Assembly (NCBI GenBank): GCA_029881255.1
Contig: JAOUMY010000004.1
Location: forward strand, 53,313 to 85,312
Length of the DNA stretch: 32,000 nt
Direction: 5' to 3'
DNA from: Gammaproteobacteria bacterium
GTDB lineage: Bacteria > Pseudomonadota > Gammaproteobacteria > S012-40
This document shows, piece after piece, positions 17,529-27,104 of this stretch. The notes under the pieces are model-generated. The model saw nothing but the letters and a program-made list of their open reading frames with translations. It had not been told where the DNA came from and ran no database searches. Within the stretch, counting starts at the first letter, position 1, and every line of letters starts with the position of its first letter. The position numbers and the translations under genes are program-made.

Positions 17529-17939
17529 CTAACCCATCTGAGGTGACAGCCTTTCCAAGGCCTCAGAGGCGTAGATACGTACTTTCTGACTCGTGTCACT
17601 CAATGCCTGGATCAAGGCCGGTCGGCAAAGCTGGGCAATAGGTGCGATATTACGCAGCGCGCGCGCGGCGGCGATACGTAACGCAGTTTCACCGTCTCTA
17701 AGGGTATGCACCAAGGCCGGTAGGGCTGGCGATGCCTGTTCACCTAACATACCAATAATGTCAAAGCATATGCTTCGCATGAGCGGATCGTTGTCGTTTA
17801 AGGCTTTGTCGGCTAGTTCGCAAACACTATTGTTATCCAACGGGCTGATCTGAGCCAGATATCTTGCAGTTTCCTGCTCTCGTTGCCTGAAATCGGTGTC
17901 TTCCATTGTTGTCATTTCATGTACCTCGTTTGTGCACAT
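17529..17939 (-). CDS. HEAT-repeat protein
   Basis: LMRSICFDIIGMLGEQASPALPALVHTLRDGETALRIAAARALRNIAPIAQLCRPALIQALSDTSQKVRIYASEALERL. Confidence 0.8.
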   Translation of the reverse strand: MCTNEVHEMTTMEDTDFRQREQETARYLAQISPLDNNSVCELADKALNDNDPLMRSICFDIIGMLGEQASPALPALVHTLRDGETALRIAAARALRNIAPIAQLCRPALIQALSDTSQKVRIYASEALERLSPQMG

Positions 17940-18129
17940 ATCCCGATAGAGCTCATCTATAGTTCAAGCATAGAGCCAGGTTTGTTGGAAAGCTGTGAGT
18001 TTCTTCACAAGGAACACGAATTTTTTTGCAATAAGTTCCCAAAAGACTCAGTACTGCCTCAGACTCTAGTTTGGGTTGGGTGTCGCAATGTGGTTTAATG
18101 TTGTCACAACAAACGACTGGGAATTACGG

Positions 18130-18870
18130 ATGGCAGGCGGGCGCAGGAAATTTGCTCTATTATTTGCCTTGTTTGGCAGCTTTCGTGATCTCGCCCCCAT
18201 CATTTTAGTTGTCGCCTTTTTTCAGTTGCTGGTGTTGCAGCAACCCATTCCTAATATGACCGATATCATCATCGGCGCGTTACTCGTGGCAGTTGGTCTC
18301 ACGCTATTTATTCAGGGCCTTGAGCAGGGTTTGTTTCCCATCGGAGAAAGTATGGCCTACGCCTTTGCGCGTAAGGGCAGTCTCTTTTGGTTACTGGCAT
18401 TCGCTTTCGCTCTGGGATTTGGCACTACCGTAGCGGAACCTGCGTTAATCGCCGTGGCTAAAGAAGCTGCTGCAGTCGCAGCCGGCGGCGGTGTCATTGA
18501 AAATACAGACGAGGCGAAGAGTGATTATGCCTATGGACTTCGGCTTACAGTGGCCTTGTCAGTCGGCGTGGCGATTGTGCTCGGGGTGTGGCGCATACTT
18601 AAGGGCTGGCCTATCCACTACATGATAGTCGTCGGATACATAGGTGTCGTCATCATGACAGCATTTGCGCCTAAAGAGATCATTGGTATTGCTTATGATT
18701 CTGGCGGTGTTACCACTTCGACTATTACCGTACCTTTAGTGACAGCACTCGGTGTTGGCCTGGCCTCCAGCATTAAGGGGCGTAATCCCATGATCGATGG
18801 ATTTGGGCTTATCGCCTTTGCTTCCTTATTACCCATGATATTTGTCATGGGGTACGGGATGTTGTTCTGA
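18130..18870 (+). CDS. DUF1538 membrane protein (first paralog)
   Basis: Hydrophobic; [29 protein letters not shown] and [49 protein letters not shown]. The track start is 18076; ATG 18130 is an alternative. Confidence 0.82.
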   Translation: MAGGRRKFALLFALFGSFRDLAPIILVVAFFQLLVLQQPIPNMTDIIIGALLVAVGLTLFIQGLEQGLFPIGESMAYAFARKGSLFWLLAFAFALGFGTTVAEPALIAVAKEAAAVAAGGGVIENTDEAKSDYAYGLRLTVALSVGVAIVLGVWRILKGWPIHYMIVVGYIGVVIMTAFAPKEIIGIAYDSGGVTTSTITVPLVTALGVGLASSIKGRNPMIDGFGLIAFASLLPMIFVMGYGMLF

Positions 18871-19664
18871 TGGAACTGATATTACAAATACTATCGACTT
18901 TACTCGCCACTATCGGTGATGTGTTACCGATCGCAGCCATCATCTTTGGCTTTCAATTTCTGGTTATACGCAAACCCGTTCCTCAACTAAAACGCGTCCT
19001 GGTGGGATTTGTCTATGTCCTGCTTGGCTTAGCGCTTTTCCTTGTTGGATTGGAAAAGGCCTTGTTCCCACTCGGCAAGTTAATGGCGCAACAATTGACA
19101 GATCCTGAATTTATTTCAAGAGGAATGGACGTAGTTACAACAGCGTTGTCCTGGCAGGACTACAAATGGGTATACATTTTTGCCTTTGCCATCGGATTTT
19201 CCACCACGATTGCCGAGCCATCTTTGATTGCGGTAGCCATTAAGGCACAGGAAGTGTCCGGTGGAACCATAAGTGTGTGGGGTTTGCGCATAGCCGTAGG
19301 TCTGGGAGTGGCCATAGGGATTGCCCTGGGTACCTTCCGTATCGTAACGGGTACACCTTTGCACTTTTATATTATTTCCGGCTATATCGTGGTCGTCATC
19401 CAGACCTTTTACGCACCGCGCATGATAATCGCCTTGGCATACGACTCTGGCGGGGTTACAACGTCGACTGTGACGGTACCATTAGTAGCTGCGCTGGGAT
19501 TGGGTTTGGCCAATACCGTGCCGGGGCGCAGCCCGCTGCTGGACGGATTTGGTCTAATTGCCTTTGCCAGTTTATTCCCCATGATGACAGTCATGGGCTA
19601 CGCGCAGTTTTCAGACTGGCGTTCCAAACAAAACAGGAAACGATATACGGAAGGAGGGAAGTAA
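18870..19664 (+). CDS. DUF1538 membrane protein (second paralog)
   Basis: Same signatures as the preceding gene: [82 protein letters not shown]. 1-nt overlap with the first paralog. Confidence 0.85.
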   Translation: MELILQILSTLLATIGDVLPIAAIIFGFQFLVIRKPVPQLKRVLVGFVYVLLGLALFLVGLEKALFPLGKLMAQQLTDPEFISRGMDVVTTALSWQDYKWVYIFAFAIGFSTTIAEPSLIAVAIKAQEVSGGTISVWGLRIAVGLGVAIGIALGTFRIVTGTPLHFYIISGYIVVVIQTFYAPRMIIALAYDSGGVTTSTVTVPLVAALGLGLANTVPGRSPLLDGFGLIAFASLFPMMTVMGYAQFSDWRSKQNRKRYTEGGK

Positions 19665-20014
19665 TGCATTTTAAATTAATTATTGCACTGATCGAGGACG
19701 ACAAAACTGAGGCCGTGCTCGAAGCTGCCCGCAAGCAGGGCGCGACTGGGGCCACGATTATCAATCACACGCGTGGCGAGGGCTTGGTTCCAACCAAGAC
19801 ATTCCTGGGCTTGTCATTGGAAACTCAGCGGGACATGTTGATGTTTCTGGTCGAGGAACATTTGTGCCGAAAAATTCTTGAGACGATTGCGGAAGTCGCA
19901 AGATTCGATGTGGATTCGGGGGCGGGAATCGCCTTTCAGATAAATGTTGAAGATGCAGTGGGGGTGTCTCATCAGGTCAGTCAATTGTCAAAATTGGTGG
20001 AGGATAATCTATGA
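19664..20014 (+). CDS. P-II-like nitrogen-regulatory family protein
   Basis: MHFKLIIALIEDDKTEAVLEAARKQGATGATIINHTRGEGLVPTKTFLGLSLETQRDMLMFLVEEHLCRKILETIAEVARFD. ATG overlaps the preceding stop by 1 nt; the track ORF 19277..20014 is an upstream over-extension. Confidence 0.82.
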   Translation: MHFKLIIALIEDDKTEAVLEAARKQGATGATIINHTRGEGLVPTKTFLGLSLETQRDMLMFLVEEHLCRKILETIAEVARFDVDSGAGIAFQINVEDAVGVSHQVSQLSKLVEDNL

Positions 20015-20412
20015 GTGAGAAAGCGCCGATCAAAGTCAGAGATGTGATGAAGGCAGAGTTCGATGTAGTCGATGGTATGGCGACGATTGATCAGGCAGTG
20101 GAACGTATGCAGCATGTCGATACTAAATGTTTAATTGTCGACAAACGACACGAAAACGACGAGTACGGCATTCTTCTGTTGTCAGATATTGCGCGTAAGG
20201 TATTGGCCAGAGATCTTGCTATGGATCGAGTCAATGTCTACGAAATCATGGCCAAGCCAGTCTTACATGTGGACCCGGAAATGGATATACGTTACTGCGC
20301 GCGTTTTCTCGATCGCTTTGATTTGTCGCGTGCGCCAGTTGTGGAAAACCGCAAAGTCATTGGCATCGTAAGTTATACCGATTTGGTATTGAAAGGATTG
20401 TGTCGGAAATAG
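20011..20412 (+). CDS. CBS-domain pair protein
   Basis: IKVRDVMKAEFDVVDGMATIDQAVERMQHVDTKCLIV...YEIMAKPVLHVDPEMDIRYCARFLDRFDLSRAPVVENRKVIGIVSYTDLVLKGL. 4-nt overlap with the P-II-like gene. Confidence 0.9.
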   Translation: MSEKAPIKVRDVMKAEFDVVDGMATIDQAVERMQHVDTKCLIVDKRHENDEYGILLLSDIARKVLARDLAMDRVNVYEIMAKPVLHVDPEMDIRYCARFLDRFDLSRAPVVENRKVIGIVSYTDLVLKGLCRK

Positions 20413-20419
20413 GTGTTGA

Positions 20420-20857
20420 TCAGGCGGTGCTGGCGCGAGGAGCCTGCAATCCGGCCCGTTTGTCGTTGTAGTATTGTTGTATGGCGTTTAAATGTTGAGG
20501 GTCCACTTTTACAATTCGCAATACGATGTAGTGTTGATTATTACGTATATGCTTGTGAGTCACCGTAGCCAGGACACAAATCTTCTTGATTGCATTTCCC
20601 AGATGCAAAGAAAATTGCACCTTATAAGGTGTTCCGGTTGTCAACGGAACCTGGTGGAGTATGCCAATTCTTTTCATCGAAATATTTGTCAAATCGCTGC
20701 GAAAATGTGTACCGTCTTTTGAATAAAGATGTGCCGTGCGATTTACAGGTACCGGTAATTGTTGTTGTGTTGCGCCAGACATATTCCAGGTTTTCCACAA
20801 AAAATGTATGTCTCTATTTCGGTATACGCCACCAAAATAAGAGTCCAAATGTATCAA
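20420..20857 (-). CDS. PilZ-like domain protein (start uncertain, possibly 20782)
   Basis: HFRSDLTNISMKRIGILHQVPLTTGTPYKVQFSLHLG...ICVLATVTHKHIRNNQHYIVLRIVKVDPQHLNAIQQYYNDK follows a PilZ pattern, but the c-di-GMP signature looks degraded. Confidence 0.45.
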   Translation of the reverse strand: MIHLDSYFGGVYRNRDIHFLWKTWNMSGATQQQLPVPVNRTAHLYSKDGTHFRSDLTNISMKRIGILHQVPLTTGTPYKVQFSLHLGNAIKKICVLATVTHKHIRNNQHYIVLRIVKVDPQHLNAIQQYYNDKRAGLQAPRASTA

Positions 20858-20977
20858 ATTGTGAAGTGCTAGGCGTTCGCTGCAAGCCCTTGCCTGAGCG
20901 GAAATTTACTGCCCCAAAAAAACCATTCTAAGTTGTTCGAATATATATAACTAAATGTTTAATAAGAGAAAAATGGC

Positions 20978-21514
20978 TTGGTAACGAGAGTGGCACAGTG
21001 CGTGCTGAAACTGGAACCAGGTCACACTTTTAATGAGCTAAATATGTCTGAGATGAATATGGCACCGCAACTAGATCGTTTGTTGTCGCAACTGGAAAAT
21101 CTAAGCCCTAAACCTGTACACGGTGCTTTGGCCAGCTCAACGCGGCTGATGTCGGTGATGTTTGGGTTTAAACTGGTGGAATTGTCACTGGTGTCACTGA
21201 CGATTACAGCACGTACAAAAGGACTGCTACCGGCACCCGACGTTATCAATCAGTCGGAAGGGTTAATCGGCCACACAGAGACACTTTACCGATATGGGTT
21301 GTTAACTTTTGAATCGTACGAGCGTTTGCTACGAATTGAGAATTTTCGCATACAGTGTGATGCGGAATTTTCTTTGCTTTCCAGCAAATTGATAAATTGT
21401 GAGGCTATCCTCGAAGATATTAGTCAGGTATTGCAAAGCACGGAAGAAGTCGTTCAGGAATTTTGTCAGCCATATGCTCACGCGAATAGTGAACACGGCG
21501 CCTCTATTAATTGA
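20978..21514 (+). CDS. Hypothetical protein (start uncertain; ATG at 21044 possible)
   Basis: 178-aa ORF; the track start is TTG, internal GTG 20990 or ATG 21044 are plausible. Confidence 0.5.
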   Translation: MVTRVAQCVLKLEPGHTFNELNMSEMNMAPQLDRLLSQLENLSPKPVHGALASSTRLMSVMFGFKLVELSLVSLTITARTKGLLPAPDVINQSEGLIGHTETLYRYGLLTFESYERLLRIENFRIQCDAEFSLLSSKLINCEAILEDISQVLQSTEEVVQEFCQPYAHANSEHGASIN

Positions 21515-21610
21515 GTGTGTTACTACGCTTTAGCAGGAAACACTTGCACCTGTCGTCATACAGTAGCAAACTAAAAATGTGAAACGGCAATTTGTATGAG
21601 AGGAGTATTG

Positions 21611-21844
21611 ATGAGCGCTAATCTTGTTGATGTAACCATTCACATTGATGAAACTCTGACTTTAGATCAGCAGAATGAAATCGAAACCATGATACGTGAG
21701 GCGAATGGAGTTGTCGGCGTCGGTCATCGCAAGGAACGTGCCCATCTTTTCATTATTGAGTATGATCCGGACGTCATAAATTCCAGTGAAATTCTTGAGG
21801 TAGTGAAAAGTAGTGGCGTGCATGCGGAGCTGATCGGACTCTAG
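21611..21844 (+). CDS. Small HMA-like (ferredoxin-fold) domain protein lacking the metal-binding Cys pair
   Basis: AGGAG before ATG 21611; MSANLVDVTIHIDETLTLDQQNEIETMIREANGVVGVGHRKERAHLFIIEYDPDVINSSEILEVVKSSGVHAELIGL. Confidence 0.65.
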   Translation: MSANLVDVTIHIDETLTLDQQNEIETMIREANGVVGVGHRKERAHLFIIEYDPDVINSSEILEVVKSSGVHAELIGL

Positions 21845-21960
21845 TCCAGGGATGTATGGATTTAACGCATCCAGGCTGATTCGGTAAAAGAAAGACTGTA
21901 CATATAAACAGGTGTATGTATAATCAGTGGTTCGTCGAAACTGCTGATAGGTGTTGAGTC

Positions 21961-24396
21961 ATGCCACAGGCTTCCGATGGTGCGATTACGCATTTACTGG
22001 AGCGCTTACGTAAACAGTCCGCAAATTGTATTACTGCTGAATTAATACAACCCGCCAATCGTGGCGAATATGCGGACTTTCCAGAGTACCTCGATCCGAG
22101 TCTTGTACGGGCGCTAGAGTCGCGTGGTCTTACGCGCCTGTACAGTCATCAACGCCAGGCACTGGAATATATAAACCAGGGTCTACACACCGTGCTCGTA
22201 ACGCCAACGGCCTCTGGTAAGACGCTTTGTTATAATCTGCCCGTACTCAATAGTGTATTGCGTGATCGCGCGAGGGCACTCTATCTTTTTCCCACCAAGG
22301 CATTGTCTCAGGATCAGGTAGCCGAAATTCTGGAGTTGAACGATTCCGGCGGCTTAGGCGTGCGCGCCTATACTTTCGATGGAGACACGCCAGGGGATGC
22401 GCGCAAGGCGGTACGCGTGCATGGCGACATCGTTGTTTCCAATCCCGATATGTTGCACCAGGGCATATTGCCGCATCACACCAAATGGGCGCAGTTTTTC
22501 GAAACACTGCGTTATATCGTTATCGACGAAATGCATATTTATCGCGGCGTTTTCGGCTCGCATATGGCCAATGTATTGCGCCGTCTGCAACGCATCTGTC
22601 GTTTTTATGGAAGCTCTCCACAATTCATTTTATGTTCCGCCACTATCGCCAATCCTGAGGAATTGGCCACGCGCTTGATTGGACACGAAGTAGTGACAAT
22701 TACCAGGAGTGGGGCGCCACGAGGGGAACGCCGGGTATTGTTGTGGAATCCGCCGGTAATCAATCCCGATCTTGGGATTCGCGCTTCGGCACGATCGCAG
22801 TCTACCCGAATAGCCAAAGAGGCTACGGGGATGGGTTTGAAGAATATTATCTTTGCCCAATCCAGACTAATGGTTGAGGTACTCACCAAATATTTAAAAG
22901 ACAAATTCGACAAAGATCCTCGTCATCGTGCGCGCGTACATGCCTATCGCGGTGGTTATTTGCCTAGCGAACGCAGGGATGCAGAGCAACGCATGCGACG
23001 TGGCGAAGTGGACTGTGTTGTGGCGACCTCGGCGCTGGAACTGGGTGTGGATATCGGTGCTCTGGATGTCTGTATTTTGAACGGATACCCCGGCACTATC
23101 GCAGCGACCTGGCAGCGTATCGGCCGGGCAGGTAGACGCAATCGTCCTTCGTTGGGGGTTCTGGTGGCCAGTAGTCAGGCACTGGATCAATATATTGTTC
23201 GCAATCCGGAGTTTTTTCTCGATGCCTCACCGGAGCATGCGCAGATCGATCCCGATCAGTTGCTGATTTTACTCGATCATGTCCGTTGCGCCGCGTTCGA
23301 ATTGCCATTTCGTGAAGGTGAGCGCTTTTGTGATCGAGGGGTGGAGGATTTTCTGGACTATCTGGAGGACGAGGGGATTTTGCATCACGAGGGTGATCAA
23401 TGGCACTGGATGACCGATGCCTACCCTGCCAATAGTGTAAGTTTGCGTTCCGTGGCGGAAGGCAACTTCGTCGTCATAGACACCACTGGAGGCAAGCAGG
23501 AGATCATCGCCGAAGTGGATTATTCCGCTGCACCACTGACGCTGTATGAAGGTGCAATCTATATGATACAAGCACGCCCGTGGCAGGTTGAACATCTGGA
23601 CTGGGAAGGACGCAAAGCCTTCGTAACGCAAACCCGCGCCGACTACTATACCGATGCCATCGACTACACCAAACTCAAGACGCTGGATCAGTTTGAGTCT
23701 GCATCACTGGGTGAATGTAAAGTCGCGATGGGAGAGGTTCATCTGGTGAGGCGTGTCGCGGGATATAAGAAGATACGCTATTACACTCACGATAATATTG
23801 GATTCGGCAAGGTCAATCTTCCCGATCAGGAAATGCATACCACCGCGGTTTGGTGGCAGGCAAAGCCTGAGAGTCTCGACAATGCCTTCCAAAACCGTTG
23901 GCAGGCCCTGGATGGTTTTCTTGGCGCTGCCTATGCCATGCATCACATTGCCAGTCTGTTGTTGATGTCGCAGCCTCAGGATCTGGGGCGCGCAGTGGGT
24001 AATAGCGATGCTGAGTGGTTGGCAACTGTTGGCGCAAACGGGCGTGGACAAATGAAATCCTTTGCTGGAACCGAAATCAGCGACTCATCGAACGTCGCGG
24101 AGTTTACGCCAACGCTGTTTCTCTACGACAACTTTCCCGGTGGTATAGGTCTGAGCGCGCCGTTGTTTGATAAACGTGAGTTGATTCTGCAGCGTGCGTC
24201 TTCGCTGATCGAAGATTGCGATTGTACTTCTGGATGCCCGGCCTGTATCGGTCCTATCCTCGCCAGTGAAGAGGCGCGAGGCTATTCTCCAAAGACATCT
24301 GCGCGCATGGTGTTGGCGCTGTTTCTTGGACAAGCGCAGGAAGGTTTGTCGATGATGGAAGAAAAGCGCAGAGAAAGGTATGCGCTCAATGGCTAA
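21961..24396 (+). CDS. DEAD/DEAH-box helicase with C-terminal DUF1998-type Cys motif, MrfA/YprA-like
   Basis: VTPTASGKTLCYNLPVL (Walker A region), VIDEMHIYRG (DEVH variant), ALELGVDIGALD, QRIGRAGR, C-terminal CDCTSGCPACIG. Confidence 0.92.
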   Translation: MPQASDGAITHLLERLRKQSANCITAELIQPANRGEYADFPEYLDPSLVRALESRGLTRLYSHQRQALEYINQGLHTVLVTPTASGKTLCYNLPVLNSVLRDRARALYLFPTKALSQDQVAEILELNDSGGLGVRAYTFDGDTPGDARKAVRVHGDIVVSNPDMLHQGILPHHTKWAQFFETLRYIVIDEMHIYRGVFGSHMANVLRRLQRICRFYGSSPQFILCSATIANPEELATRLIGHEVVTITRSGAPRGERRVLLWNPPVINPDLGIRASARSQSTRIAKEATGMGLKNIIFAQSRLMVEVLTKYLKDKFDKDPRHRARVHAYRGGYLPSERRDAEQRMRRGEVDCVVATSALELGVDIGALDVCILNGYPGTIAATWQRIGRAGRRNRPSLGVLVASSQALDQYIVRNPEFFLDASPEHAQIDPDQLLILLDHVRCAAFELPFREGERFCDRGVEDFLDYLEDEGILHHEGDQWHWMTDAYPANSVSLRSVAEGNFVVIDTTGGKQEIIAEVDYSAAPLTLYEGAIYMIQARPWQVEHLDWEGRKAFVTQTRADYYTDAIDYTKLKTLDQFESASLGECKVAMGEVHLVRRVAGYKKIRYYTHDNIGFGKVNLPDQEMHTTAVWWQAKPESLDNAFQNRWQALDGFLGAAYAMHHIASLLLMSQPQDLGRAVGNSDAEWLATVGANGRGQMKSFAGTEISDSSNVAEFTPTLFLYDNFPGGIGLSAPLFDKRELILQRASSLIEDCDCTSGCPACIGPILASEEARGYSPKTSARMVLALFLGQAQEGLSMMEEKRRERYALNG

Positions 24397-25633
24397 TCTT
24401 CCGTCGGTCCAAAGCGGGCTTAAAGATAAGCTGGCGGTTTTGAAAGGTCGAAGTTCGCAGAATACTACTTCGACGGAGACGATCGCAGATGACTTGCGAC
24501 GACGTTTACAGGCTTCTTCGCGCAAGGCAGCTATCAATCAGAATAAACCAGACGACGAGCAACTTGCGGGAATATTGGGCGCAGAGGTGCTTGGCCGAGG
24601 CGTTATATTGCGTCGTACAGTTGTGCCATTGGGTCGTCAACATGGAATGTTTCGTATAGAGCCAGTGAGTCAAAGAGCATTGGGTTTGCCCGAGCTTGAT
24701 GGTTTGAGTATGCAGCGCCTTCTTTTTTTTGATACCGAAACCAGCGGGCTTTCAGGGGGTACCGGGACACAAGCCTTTATCATTGGGTTGGCGTCACTCG
24801 ATCAACAAGCCGGACATGTTGACGTATCGCAGTTTTTGTTGACAGCGTTTTGTGGTGAACAACTCATGTTGCGTTTCGTCGCCGAGATCGTAAATCAGCA
24901 TGACGTGTTGGTCAGTTATAACGGCAAATCGTTTGATTCTCCCTTATTGGCAACACGGTATCGAATGCAGGGTGAAAAAGACCCGTTTTCTCATTTGCAA
25001 CATCTGGATTTATTGCACCCTGTTCGTCGTTTATTCAGACAGCTTTGGAAAGATTGTCGCCTGGCGCGCGTGGAAAGCGAATTATTAGGATTCCAGCGAA
25101 CAGACGACTTACCCGGTTCACAAGCGCCAGAGGTGTGGTTTGAGTGGATGCGATTCGGCAGGTATCAGCGACTGGACGCTGTATTACGACACAATTACTG
25201 GGATTTACTAAGTTTACTCGTAGCACTCAATCGCTTGTCCACACTGATAGCGGCGCCATCGGCTTCGCAGATATCGTTGTCGGCGTTGGCCAAGTGGTAC
25301 AGAGATACCGGTTTGTTTGACGTATCCCACGCGGTATTGGAGAAAAACCGAACTATACTTGATCATGAAGGTTTGCTGGCGTTAGCCGCTTCCTACCGAC
25401 GACAGCGACAGTGGGAACAGGCGGCCGAGATCTGGAAAGTGCTTGCCACGGACGGGTGTCTTACATCTGAAGAACAATTGGCCAAATATTACGAACATCG
25501 GCTGCGTGACTTTGAGTCCGCCCTGAGTAGTACTAAACGTCTTATGTGTAGTGATCGGCATAACAGTGCCTACCAACATCGTTTTATTAGATTGCAGCAG
25601 AAGCTTCACCTAAGACATTTGCAACTCGTCTAA
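24380..25633 (+). CDS. RNase H-like 3'-5' exonuclease, MrfB/YprB-like, with C-terminal helical repeat region
   Basis: LLFFDTETSGLSGGTGTQAFIIGLA, VSYNGKSFDSPLLATRY, LDLLHPVRRLF, DAVLRHNYWDLLSLLVAL. Overlaps the helicase gene by 17 nt. Confidence 0.87.
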   Translation: MRSMANLPSVQSGLKDKLAVLKGRSSQNTTSTETIADDLRRRLQASSRKAAINQNKPDDEQLAGILGAEVLGRGVILRRTVVPLGRQHGMFRIEPVSQRALGLPELDGLSMQRLLFFDTETSGLSGGTGTQAFIIGLASLDQQAGHVDVSQFLLTAFCGEQLMLRFVAEIVNQHDVLVSYNGKSFDSPLLATRYRMQGEKDPFSHLQHLDLLHPVRRLFRQLWKDCRLARVESELLGFQRTDDLPGSQAPEVWFEWMRFGRYQRLDAVLRHNYWDLLSLLVALNRLSTLIAAPSASQISLSALAKWYRDTGLFDVSHAVLEKNRTILDHEGLLALAASYRRQRQWEQAAEIWKVLATDGCLTSEEQLAKYYEHRLRDFESALSSTKRLMCSDRHNSAYQHRFIRLQQKLHLRHLQLV

Positions 25634-25657
25634 GACACACGTGTCAAGGAAGACTAT

Positions 25658-26977
25658 ATGGATACGAATATCAGTGAGTATGATGTTCCAGTTGGGGTTG
25701 TCATATCCGATCAGCTATTCAATACCAAACGCCGCTTTCTACGGCGTACCCGTTTTCTTCAGTTTGCATCAGATGAGTTTATAGAAGAACTTGCCCAGAC
25801 GGTACAGGCCATTGATGTGCCCGCTGGCATTACGGTTGTTGAAAAAGGTGAACAAGGCGATAGCTTATGTTTTATTGCCGAAGGGGAGGTCAAGGTTCAC
25901 GATGGGAATGTCGAGATTACACGTTTATCCAAAGGCGCAATGTTCGGCGAGATTGCGGCCTTATCGCCACAAAAGCGCACTGCGTCGATCACAACAGTCA
26001 CGGCGAGTCGGCTTTTCGTAGTTAAAGAAAAAGATTTTTATCGTTGCCTCTATGCTCATCCACAGGCAGCTCGCTGGGTAATACAGGGACTTTGCGATCA
26101 TGAGACCCGGCTTGTAAAAGAAGCAACGGAGGCGGCAGTGAAAGTAAAGCTGTTACAACGCGAACTGGAACTAGGTCAACAAATTCAAAAAAAATTTCTG
26201 CCCGATGAGCCATTGAAAATTGATAGTTGGCAAATCGAAAGTGATTTTGTTCCGGCGCATGAAGCAGCCAGTGATTTCTATGATTACTTTCGGCTGGAAA
26301 CCAGAAATAGAATTGCTGCTTTTATTGGCGACGTAGGTGATAGTGGTGTCGGCGCCGCTTTGTTTATGAGCTTGTTTCGTAGCCTGCTACATTTTGGCTG
26401 TGAATTTTATGACGAGTTGAATTATTCCTCGAAAAATACAGCAAGTCTAGATCAGACTTTACCATCAGATAAGGTGTTATTACTGGATATCATCCACCAG
26501 ATTAACCAATATGTAGTCAAGACGCATGCCCATAATGGAAAGTTTACCTCGCTGTTCTTTGCCGTTTTTGACATAGAATCGGGCGCGTTTGTATATGTTA
26601 ATGCCGGACATCCAGCGCCGCTTATCCGTCGTTTTGATGGTGAGGTAACAATCCTCTCGACAACGAGTCCGGTACTGGGTTTGTATCAACAAGCAAACTA
26701 TCAAATCGGAAAAGATTGCCTCGACCCGGGAGACGTGTTGTTTGCCTACACAGATGGCTTAACACAGGCCCGCAACATACGTGGCGAACATTTTGGGCAC
26801 CAGCAATTACCTGAAATTGTCCGTACCGCACAAAACGGGGCGACCAAAGTTTTACATACGGTCAGTACCGCTTTGGATAATTTTGTGCAGGGATGGAAGC
26901 AGCAGGACGACCTTACTTTACTCGCAATAGGCCGTTGGCCTGGCTCAGGCCAAACCCTTGCCACCAGTGACATTTGA
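25658..26977 (+). CDS. Cyclic nucleotide-binding domain plus SpoIIE/PP2C-type phosphatase
   Basis: FIAEGEVKVHDGNVEITRLSKGAMFGEIAALSPQKRTASITTVTASRLFVV, then QQIQKKFLPDEP, AAFIGDVGDSGVGAALFMSLFRSLL, NAGHPAPLI, DVLFAYTDGLTQARN. Confidence 0.92.
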   Translation: MDTNISEYDVPVGVVISDQLFNTKRRFLRRTRFLQFASDEFIEELAQTVQAIDVPAGITVVEKGEQGDSLCFIAEGEVKVHDGNVEITRLSKGAMFGEIAALSPQKRTASITTVTASRLFVVKEKDFYRCLYAHPQAARWVIQGLCDHETRLVKEATEAAVKVKLLQRELELGQQIQKKFLPDEPLKIDSWQIESDFVPAHEAASDFYDYFRLETRNRIAAFIGDVGDSGVGAALFMSLFRSLLHFGCEFYDELNYSSKNTASLDQTLPSDKVLLLDIIHQINQYVVKTHAHNGKFTSLFFAVFDIESGAFVYVNAGHPAPLIRRFDGEVTILSTTSPVLGLYQQANYQIGKDCLDPGDVLFAYTDGLTQARNIRGEHFGHQQLPEIVRTAQNGATKVLHTVSTALDNFVQGWKQQDDLTLLAIGRWPGSGQTLATSDI

Positions 26978-27104
26978 AAAAACGGATAAAATAATTAAAT
27001 GCTAATCCATATCGGCGTATAATCCCCGCCCGGTATTTTTCTACTCGCCGGGGTTCTCTCAAAACCTGGCGATTCACACTTAAGGGTATTTGGGAGCGTT
27101 TGCC

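Noticed and set aside
19277-19663. Upstream part of track ORF 19277..20014
   Set aside because: It overlaps the well-supported second DUF1538 gene in another frame. The P-II-like protein starts at ATG 19664.
21836-21847. GGACTCTAGTCC hairpin at the end of the HMA-like gene
   Set aside because: Five-bp arms with a 2-nt loop and no following T-tract; likely chance.
22247-24051. Minus-strand and alternate-frame ORFs inside the helicase gene
   Set aside because: Shadow ORFs of a clear DEAD/DEAH helicase reading frame.
27026-27056. CCCCGCCCGG...CGCCGGGG as an intrinsic terminator
   Set aside because: Only about 5 bp of stem around a long loop and a poor U-tract; too weak to call.
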